A stretch of DNA of 64,000 nucleotides, from positions 125,393,038 through 125,457,037 of the forward strand of contig JASCQW010000001.1 of NCBI GenBank assembly GCA_030264375.1. The letters run 5' to 3'. Positions 1-10,077 of this stretch are shown one piece after another. The position numbers and the translations under genes are program-made. Origin of the DNA: Carcharhinus longimanus (Eukaryota). A model generated the notes under the pieces. The model saw only the letters and a program-made list of their open reading frames with translations. It searched no databases and was not told the DNA's origin. The stretch's first letter is position 1. Each line of letters opens with the position of its first letter.

Positions 1-120
1 GGCTGAGGGGGGCGAGACGGGGGTGGTTCTCAGTGGCGAGAATGGGACTGGGGGAAGGGAGAGGTGGACTGGGAGGATTGCGGGGACTGGAAAGGCACGG
101 AAAAGGACAGCGGAGCTGTG
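1..120. promoter_or_regulatory. G-rich, CpG-containing segment; probable 3' edge of a CpG island / start of intron 1
   Basis: Many G-runs (ggggggg, ggggg, ggg) and CpGs against an AT-rich, CpG-poor background; CpGs remain more frequent up to ~1500. Promoter proximity is inference. Confidence 0.4.
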
Positions 121-3100
121 GCTAGATAATTTACATCCAATCTTTTATATCAGTGTTTTTTGCTTGTTTAATAATTTGATGGGAATTTTTTAGTTATTCG
201 ATATATTGAAAGTAACGCTGTTTGTTTTTTTAAAATGTATGATTATTACGTGCGGCCACAAATAAAAGCGAAACGAATTTATTTTTCGTGTACTTTTGGA
301 TATGCCCATTTTCATATTTCTTGCGAAGATTCATCTACTTTGGATGAGTTAGTATTTGTTCCCATGTATTCCGACAAACTGCAATGAACATTTTTTTTTC
401 TCCCAAGTACATGTCTGGACATATGATATTAACATTGAGATTCATTTTCTCTAAACCTCAGCCCCGATAACGATTGTAGTTTCAGACAGAACTTTTTTTG
501 GGGGTTGGAGCTCGACACCTTGAAAGAATTTTCGCCACAGAACTGATTGACTAAAGGCGGTAATTTTAATCTTCGAGCAGGCTATTTCCCGTTTTCAGGG
601 CTGGCTAGTGTGTTCAGCCCATGGCCGCTTCTTTCTTTCTTGGGCTTGCCTGTGGCCTGGGACAGGCCGACGGACTTCAGCTGCCTTGCTGTTCCAAATT
701 TTCCACACTCAGCCGCAGATTTGTCTTGTCTCGTTTTCATTAACTTGTTTCATCTAATGTTTTGTTAAACTATTTATTGTTAAAAAAAACACTCTCCAAA
801 GCCACGTTGTTGCTGCTGCAGGATGCGAGACTGAATGTTTCCAGCTGACGACAGGCAGTAGAGCATTATTGAGTCCCATGCTGAAACATAAACAGACGGT
901 GCCGAGGCCAAACCAGTGGGTTCGCTTCAATTTTAATGAGGGACTTTTGATAAAAGTTGCACTTTACAGAAGAAAAAGTACAATCATAAAAACCTACACA
1001 TTTAAATTAAAACGGGAAAACATACACTAAGAACTGATTACAATCCATGAAATGTATTTTCCTAATTTGTTTAACGTGACTGATGGAGTTGAAATCAAAC
1101 CGATCAGTCCCGCTATTTTCAGGGAGACGTCAATTAATTCGAAAGCCCTTCAAGCAAAGTAGCCGACCTTAATCGCACTTTTCATTACGGATTTCCACAG
1201 TGCATAATGGCTTCGCTCAATGCACTGCATTTAACAGCTCCGTATTCACATTATATAGGTTTGTAAAGGAACATTAACGTATTTACTTAAATGCGTTGAC
1301 AACGTGAACCCCTTTTGAATAAAAGGTGTGCTGGCCTTGGAACCTTTATCCCATTGCTAAGAATACATTATCGGCAAAGATTCTGTGAGAGCAGCCTTCT
1401 GAGCGTGAATAATTAAAGAAGACCGTATCAGAACCCGTAATTGAAGAGTCTTGCCACCCTTTAGCATGATGTTGGCCTTTTTGAGTCCATCAGCACTTCC
1501 TTGAGGGTGCATTAAATAGAAATTGGCAGGTCGCTGGAGCAGGGCTGTGTATAGAGAGAATGAGTGAGGGAGACAGAANNNNNNNNNNACTTGAAAGCCC
1601 TCAATGAATTGAACTGCATTCACTCTTTACCATCTCTCATCATACTTCAACTAATGAGCCTGGGGAGGCGGAGGCCTGCTCCCTGACAATAAATACATTA
1701 TGAGAGGCTGGGTTTTCTCTTTGATGGCTTCACAACATGTTTGTTTAGCTTACTGTGTGTTTATGGTATGTACTATAGCAGGGAGGAGCAGCACCTTTAT
1801 CTGGAAGGTCTTAAGAAAAGAAATCTTTAGGAGGTGAGATTGAGCCAAAATATAAATAAGGCAACCTCTCCACGTACGTAACACATACTTTATTCAAACT
1901 GAACAAATAAAATATTGCTGAAGTATTTCAATGTAATAGTATTAAGTGCTGGAAACTTTTCATTGATATGGTTTTACCCAATAACACCTGACTAATAAAG
2001 GGAAGTTTAAACTGCCATGTTCAGAGTTAGCAATTATTTTAAAAAGGCATAATACCTTTACCAATTTTCGGCTGAAATTACCTTTATTGAAATTGCTTTG
2101 GCAATCTAGCAGATGAAAATATACAGTTTCAATGTGGTGATATGATTCCTAAAAGTATATATTGATTTTGGTCATATTACCACAGTTTTTGTGTTTTGGT
2201 TGTTCTATTATTAAATAGGAAGAATTTCAAAAAAAAATGAGGTAACCAAGTGACTGACCAAAACTACTACCAAACTTGCCAGTTTGATTACTTCATTCAC
2301 ATTTGCCTATTTTTAAGTATTTTGAATAACCAGAATAAAACTAAGCTATTATTGGTCAAATGGACTGGTGCTATTGATTATTGTTTAAGACAATACCAAT
2401 AGAAAGCTACCAACTCTTCCACTATTATGTCAAAATATTTTAGCAATATCACCAGCTGTCCAGTCTGAATAAAGTAGGTGTGTATTAAGAGATATGAGTC
2501 ATATTATTTCACTGTCTTGTTAATTGCAAATAACATTTTTTCTCTTACTTTGGATCATTTCACTGATACTAATCAGCTTTATTGTGAAGTGTCAATTCAG
2601 TTTTTAAAAATGTTGTATCTTGCAACATTTCAGAGACTGAAGAGATATTTTTATTTTACACCTTGATAGTTTTTGGATTGTGCGTGTTTTAGTTTTATCG
2701 AAGGTGTGGTACTCTGTATGACTGCTGCTATGATTTTTGTCAAAATATCTTTTGTGCGTATTCGCAACAAATTGGAATTCTGACCTAATTGTTTATAAGT
2801 ACTGTAGCATTCCTACAGTTTTAATTTTAGCAATGTGTGATTTGCTAATATGAGTACATAATGTTATGGTCGTTCATCATTTTGACCTTCATTACTGTTG
2901 ACATAATGTGGTACATTGTGCTACTTCATGATTCATGTTCCTATCTACATTAACAGCAGTGAGATTTAAGATAGTGAAAACAACTGAGTGAATGGAAAAA
3001 GGTGAAAAAAAATTCTACTTTAAGGACCAAATCAAGATGCTTTCATAAATATTTTCCTCTTGATCTGGACTTTAATAATATGGTCTGGATTAGTTGAGTG

Positions 3101-5886
3101 CAAATGTCATTTATCAATTTTTAATGTATATTTCTATGTTCCTGCTCACTGTAATGTGTGGCTTTTTAAATTGTCACATATCTATGTACTGAAATCTACC
3201 GGACCAAGGAATCAAAAATTGATTTAAAAAATTTAAGTATTAACAACTTGGAAACAGAACCCCACAATACATACTGAATATTGATGTGATTCACAATTCT
3301 TTGTATCTAAAGCATCCCCTCTTCATTAAAAAAAAACATATTCTGTTCGAAGTATGCTGACCAGTTCAGCATTTTATTAAAGATTGGAAATTTCTCAATG
3401 CAATCTAATAATCTCTGAGCCTTCGTAACATAGTTTAAATGGTTAATCAGATCAACCATTTCAGTTCTTTTTTTCTGTGATTATGGTGATCAGCTGGCGT
3501 AAAGAACATAATTGGTGTGAAATACTTTTGAGTTGTACAGTGTCAGCAAACAAACATATTGATGTAAACTGGTGATTGTTTCACATGAAAGTGATGGCTG
3601 GCTATTATGACTAGCACACTTCATTTTTGTAATTGGGCAAACCAGCCAAATTTGGAACATTATGACACAAACAATGGCATTAAGAATAATTAAACCATTT
3701 GCTTTTTTTGTTGTTACTGAAGCATTAAGATATTTGAAATCTGAGGGCAAAAGTGCGATTGAGTTAAGGTTACCAACGTATAAATATATAAAACGTTGAG
3801 ATTCTGTCAAGCCTACCAATATCAGAAGTTGTTAAAAGTTCCTAAATGTGGCAAAGAAAACTCCACATCTAACTAGTCAAAGACTAAAAGAATGTGCGCA
3901 GTGTTTTCAGTTGGGGAAATAGTGTCAAGTTCTAAATTTATTTTTCAGATTGTCACATTTTATTAAAATAAACAACAATGAAAAATTAAAATACTTCTCA
4001 AATCATTGAGTAATTGAAATATTGTAATTCCCAGCCATAAAATTCCCAAAATCTAGATTTGCAAATTTGAATTTACAATGATGCTTAACTAAACATTTAA
4101 ATTCCATAAGTGTATTACACATAAAGTCAATGTAAATTGTTTTCTTGGGATATTGAGTATACGTGACAAGGAGCTATAGGGTACTACTTGTATCTTGGCA
4201 TGGACCAATCCAAAAGATCTCAATTAGTGTTGCTCAGCTTTTCATCACATACTTGATTTATATCGTATCTTGATATTTGAAATGTGAATATTTAAATGTT
4301 AAACATATAAATTTATATTCACTTCTCATTGCAGTGTGGTTCTGTTGATGTCATAGTAAAAGCTTTTGCTCAAAGTGCTATCTGTTGTCAATTGTGAAGC
4401 CATCACATGAAATGCAATTGGATGACATCATTCCATTGGCAAAGAAATTCATTCCTGAATTTTGGTTATTACTTATACACTTTGCTGGAGTCTGACCTGC
4501 TAATGTCCTTGGACCATATTCTCTGCAAGCTTGCGCTTCATTGCCATTTATAGAAAAATAGTATAGGGAGAGACTAATGCCTTCATCTGTCACATGAATA
4601 AATTCCTACTCTAGTGATGAAGCTCAAACTGCTGAAGGGGAATAGACTTGAAAAACAATTATTCAGACATGCATACAGTATTGCTATCTCTGCTGGTTAA
4701 TGGTTTTGGTAGCTGCCTCTGTCTGACAATTGTAATCCTATTTACTTCTACAAGAGAAAACATTTTTTCCTTGGTAAATGTAACCATCTGGCATGTCTGT
4801 CTTAAAGTCTACTTTATAAAGTCATTGTATCTGAGCTGTAAATCATACTGTTACGCAATATTGAACCTTTTTTTTGCGGTTTGTCTTTCAGGCAGGGAAT
4901 TTTAACAAATGACGTATGCTGCATAATGGAATTTTGTTCTGTATGATATGTTCTGTATGAAATATACATCCTAAATAGATTTGTTTACAGTAGAATTGAC
5001 TACAGCACTGATGCATGTGGAACAGTTTGGATTGGCATTAAAAACATTACTTGTAATGTTAGTTACATAGATGATAAGGATAGCAAGGTCATTTTAGTAG
5101 AACAACTGTTAAATTGAATGGTAAAATAAGAGGCAGTATATTTTCTGATTTAAAAAATATATTTTAATAAAGCATAAACCAATGGAAAATTTAGATGTAT
5201 TATGTTAATTGGCAACTTTACATTGGGTACGTAACTGACCTGACCTGCACCATTTCTATGTCCCTGTGACGTGAACTCTTCCTCAGAATGACAGATCCCC
5301 ACAAACTCTGGGGCTCAGAAGTACAAGACCCCTTGAATGGAGGTGGCTTGGGCAATCCTTTGTGAGCCCAGGTTTAAAAGCTGTTGGGAGATGGAGATGT
5401 TTAGGGTTGGATTAGTAGGACCTGCTGGACACTAAAGTTTTGAAAAGATGTTTTGAAAAAGTGTTTTGAAAAGACAGACACCCTTAAAATGTTGAACAAT
5501 TTAACTGGGAACAGAGCTTTAGGCATGTATTTAAAGAAGTACACAGAGATTGATGCATGACCAAAAATCATATATCTTGAATAACCATCTGTAATTCAAT
5601 TTCTGAAATTAGTAATATTAAACTGCTAGTTTCAATCTTAATGAAAAAAGATTTTGAAAAGAAGATGAATTTCTGACTTCAGTGCTGTTAAACCTTTTGT
5701 GATTGAAATTGTCATTTGATTTTATCCAAAATTTGTTACATGTGCTCCTGATTGAGGAAGACTTAACTTCACAATTATGTCATCTGACTGATTTTAAAAT
5801 TTTGAAATATTTTAGTTAGGAGATTTCGCATTATAACTCAAAAATGAGAGAGAACAATTCAGCTCATCAAACAAAGCATCAACATT

Positions 5887-6231
5887 CTTTGTTTTGTTTT
5901 TATTCCAATTCAATCAAATCAAGTCCAATTCAGAGTCTCAACAAGTTGATAAGACAGGGTTCTCACCTCCTGCTCGATCTACATTATCCAAGCTGATTGC
6001 AGTAGGCATAACTCCTCCTCCAAGGCTTGATCTCATTTGCATCTTAGCCAAAAGGCCGAGATGCCACTTTTAAAAATTGCTTCAAATGAAGNNNNNNNNN
6101 NNNNNNNNNNNNNNNNNNNNNNNNNNNNNNNNNNNNNNNNNNNNNNNNNNNNNNNNNNNNNNNNNNNNNNNNNNNNNNNNNNNNNNNNNNNAAGGCTTGA
6201 TCTCATTTGCATCTTAGCCAAAAGGCCGAGA
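5887..6231 (-). ncRNA. U2 snRNA-derived chimeric sequence (not an intact U2 gene); 5' part duplicated across a gap
   Basis: Minus strand TCTCGGCCTTTTGGCTAAGAT (6041-6061, again 6211-6231) is identical to vertebrate U2 nt 7-27. It is followed by AGATCAAG (U2 24-31), later CTGT-CTTATCA (U2 40-51; 5947-5957), then AATAAA and an A-rich tail at ~5887-5904. Confidence 0.75.
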
Positions 6232-6539
6232 TGCCACTTTTAAAAATTGCTTCAAATGAAGCTAAAATGTAACCTAATGGCTTCAACCAAGCACAGCATG
6301 TCAGTACGACACATCTAACTTATATGGCACCATTTAGAGGGATTTCCAAATCTTCTGCTCATACTTGCATTTTTTGATTGATTACTCTTTTTTGAAGGAT
6401 TCTTTCTGTTGCAATTAATTCTTTTAAGTAGTCATGAAGATGAGGAAGTAATCACTTTGCTAGATTTTCCATCAGCCTACTTAAGTCTTAACTCCTGTGA
6501 TCAAGAAGCTACTATTGTCCTAACAAAGGAAAGAGATGT

Positions 6540-7003
6540 GGGACTGGATTTTCACATCAGGAGTATGAAGCAGGAATTGGAGCACTACCCATTTTCGAAT
6601 CTGGTCTCAGAGAGGAAACAGTCATGGTGCTATCCCCTTCGTGGCATGCAGGCAGGTTCACTGCCCGTTCAGGGGGAGTGGGTGAGTTCTTGAAGCTGGA
6701 GGGTCAATCAGAGACCTTGCATCTTGAGAGCAGCAGCTGACTGTAATGGATGTTGTGGATTAGAAAGTGCTTCAACATGGAGGTGCCAGCTTTATAAAGT
6801 TTAGCTAGAGCCATATGTGCAACAGTCAAGCAACCACTGTGGGTTGGGGAGGTGGTTTATTGCTTCCTCGAGGATGGCCTTTGGTTCCACTTCCAACCAC
6901 ACCCATGCAGACATGGCTAGGCCTGCATGAAACTCTGCCTATAGACTTGTCACCAGATGCCTCCCTCTCAGTTTGGGAAACTGAAGGCCAATTGGAAAAT
7001 CTG
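6540..7003. mobile_element. Degenerate MITE-like element (GGxTGGATTTT...AAAATCxG termini)
   Basis: GC-richer island starting gggactggattttc and ending ggaaaatctgc; termini resemble the clearer MITE at 22962-23087. Confidence 0.4.
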
Positions 7004-7270
7004 CTTCGTGGAGTCATGTTGCCCTATTGCCACAAATCTGCCTCGGCAAAATTAGAAAGGAAAAGGAATGGTATTTTTCAACTTTGCCTGCCTCTCTTCC
7101 TGTCCTGGGGCGGGGCGGGTGCGGTGGATTTCAATGTTTACGCAAGTCTTTCGTTCCCCATTTTTTCTCCTCTGCCTTCTTCAAGGTTTTAATTTTATTA
7201 CTCAGGTATGGCTTCCCAGCAATTTCTAAGATGCAGGATCATTTCAGGAACCACATAGAATGGCAGCAGC

Positions 7271-8010
7271 AACTTGCATTTATTTTGCATTTTAACGTAG
7301 TAAAAGGTCCAAATGGCTATTAAATAAATAATGATTTTAAGCCAGATAAAGGAATATTTGGATAAATTACCAAATACTAGGTGAAAGCTGTAAGCCTGAA
7401 GAAATGTCTTCAAGGAGAACTAAGACCCAAAGAAATTTACGGAGAGAATTCCAAAGCTTGGGACCTAAGCAACGCACAGCAGGGGTGCCAATGGTAGAGC
7501 AATTGAAACTGGAGATGCTCAAGAGGGCTAAGGGTGAAGATGTAGAATTGGAGGAGATTATAGAGATAGGAAGAGGTGAGAACTTGGAGTGATTTGAAAA
7601 CATGAATAAGAATTTTAAAAGGGTAACATTGTCACATTAGGTACCTATGTAGATAAGTGAATGGAACTTTGTGTGAATTAGGTTACAGGAAACAGAGTTT
7701 TGCATGAGTTCAGATTTATGTAGGGTAGAAGATGAGAAGCCAGTCAGGGGAATATTGTAATGCTCAAGTTTAGAGGTGCAAAAGGTCTGGATCAGTGTTT
7801 TAAAACCAGATCAGCTGAGATAGGGGCAGAGTGGAGCAACTTTGTGTAGGTGAAAGTAGGTGATGCAACAGATGTCTCAGTGAAACAGCATCATGATTGC
7901 AAACGACATGGTTCAATCTTAAGACAGTTGCCAGAGATAGCAATGGAGTTGTGACTAGGGAATGGAGTTTCTAGTAGAGACAGAAGACAATGGCATCAGT
8001 ATTTCCAGTA
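7271..8010 (-). mobile_element. L2-type LINE 3' region, decayed
   Basis: Starts aacttgcatttat (reverse complement of the L2-type ATAAATGCAAGTT tail). The purine-rich body (gagagaattccaaagcttggg...ccaatggtagagcaatt) is homologous to 25390-26295 and to the reverse complement of 47380-47995. Confidence 0.65.
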
Positions 8011-9820
8011 TTTCTGCAGTTGACAGTTCTCTGGCGCTTTATTCAAGAAGTCAGAAATGGAGCCTTTATCAGCTCAATAACTTGAAGATAGTAAAAAGCC
8101 TGTTTTGACGGAATAGTCAACTGTGAACTTGGCTACAACAGGGAAAATAAAACTGGGATCTTTCATAGTACTAGATTATACAATTGCCTATGTTTAATTC
8201 ATGTAGAGCAGGGATGATGATTAAATGGCTTGATGTTCAGGCATTGAGCAACCTTTGATTGGAACACTGGCAAATACAGACTGAGCCATAAGAATAATTG
8301 AATTGAATGCTAGGAGCAATGATGGGCATTTATATAACCTCAAACATTTACCATTTCACAAATATAAAGAATTGTAGTTTTAATATTTTTAGTAGTTAAC
8401 ATCGTATCAATAGATGACTTGGTCAGCAATTAAATTTATTAGTACCCTGTATTCCTCTTTTTCTAAGCTGAATAGTTTTGCCAACCTTTTGTACATCTGC
8501 CAATTTTGTTTGTTGCGAAGTCTGATTCACCACATCAATGGCACTTGTAAGTTAGAGAAAATGAATTATGTTTCTGCAAATATAAACAAGTAACTGATGA
8601 ACTGGAGCAATTTGGTACTGGAATTTATTTTGTCACACCTTAACTATATACCATTAACAAAATAACATCCTTACAGAACATTTGAATTGAACACAGCTAA
8701 CTTGCAGCAGTCGTGGTATATCATCACACTTGTTATTACATAAAGTTTGAGGCCTTCTTGTGTTTGAAGTTTGCAAAAGAGATGTCACAAATAAAACTAA
8801 ACATGTGAAGATAACATTGAAGCTGAGTTTATGGCTACAGGATAGATTTATGCTGAAGATAAAACCTTTGAGTAACTGTTTAAAACACATTCTTCTTCTC
8901 TGAATCACTGAGTCTGTAGAAGGTTAATTTTATTTTGTAACTTTATACAAGGTCTTCACCCATGTTGTAGAAAGACCATGGAATATGTTTGCAGCCACTA
9001 ACTGCTATTACTGAAATCCAGGAACAAATTGAGTTACCTCAAAATTTTATTTTCTTGTTTTTCCAAAGATATTCATTAAATAGGTATGCCATATCAAAAA
9101 TAATAAAGTATTAGCATGTTTCCGTAATTGCATATTGCTGAGACTTAATTTATCATAAATTGTACATTCTTACTGGATCAAAAGTAGTTCCTAGTTTATG
9201 AAAATTGTTGAAACAGCTTTCTGAAAGTATTGAATGTTAGCATAAATTGTTCAAGAAATGTGTATAATGATAGTGAATTTAAGTGGGTAACTTTGCACTG
9301 TCTTTGGATTTTGTCATTAGTCAGCAAATTTATATTTTATATTTATATTAAGTTTTCAGTATGGCAACCTCTTTGATGTGTAGAGCCTAGGCTTTCCTAC
9401 TGCTAATGTTTGTTTCTCGATCTTTCCTTTTCTGCTTTCTTTATTATCTGCAGCCTTTAAGAAACCTTCATTTTATTCTGACTTTGTCAATGAAGTGAAA
9501 GACTGGTTAGGTGGGTTTTAAGCTAAATTCTGGTGACTGTGGGAAAATCTTTGATCTAGAGCTGTAACTACTTCAGAATGATCTGGCTGCCGGGCTGGAC
9601 ACTGTCCATGCCTTTCATTCTGCTATCAGATGTGCAGACAAAGTGACATGACATTTTATCAGAAGCGTAGCTTATCACTAAGTTGTGACCATAACAAATT
9701 GCTTCAGAATGTTTTAAGTCTATCCAGCGATCATGCAAGCATATCTATCCACAACTTTGATGACGTAACTATACTGCAGTAAAATGTGATTAAAAATTGC
9801 ATAGTTTAAAGTATCATTAA

Positions 9821-10077
9821 GGGCAGCATGGTGGCACAGTGGTTGGCACTGCTGCTTCACAGTGCCAGAGACCCAGATTCGATTCCAGCCTTGGGTGACT
9901 TGGTGAACTTTCTCCACGTCTGTGTGGATTTCCTCCAAGTGCTCTGGTTTCTTCCCATGTGTAGGTTAGAGCGATTAACGGGGTAAATATGAGAATGGGG
10001 CCTAATTAAGATGCTTTGTTGGAGAGTAGGTGAAGACTTGATGGATTGAATGGCCACACTGTAGGAATTCTATGATT
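9821..10077 (+). mobile_element. HE1-type tRNA-derived V-SINE, internally deleted
   Basis: Head GGGCAGCATGGTGGCACAGTGGTT (A box), degenerate B box gattcgattcc, V-domain-like core, attctatgatt tail. Confidence 0.85.

Noticed and set aside
5437-5473. TTTTGAAAA repeated three times
   Set aside because: Short low-complexity tandem with 2-3 nt spacers; not a CRISPR array and no supportable function.
6041-6061. Functional U2 snRNA gene
   Set aside because: The branch-point recognition sequence, Sm site and 3' stem-loops are not present in sense order.
6022-6261. Apparent tandem duplication of the U2-like sequence
   Set aside because: 6022-6091 and 6192-6261 are identical and flank an exactly 100-N gap: unmerged contig overlap, not a real tandem array.
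9454-9510. Possible exon after a strong polypyrimidine acceptor (FKKPSFYSDFVNEVKDW)
   Set aside because: Peptide not recognised and no supporting neighbouring exons; such sites are common by chance in T-rich DNA.
9821-9890. tRNA genes at SINE heads (all HE1-type copies and 62620-62716)
   Set aside because: A and B boxes are present but there is no complete cloverleaf, and each continues into a SINE body.
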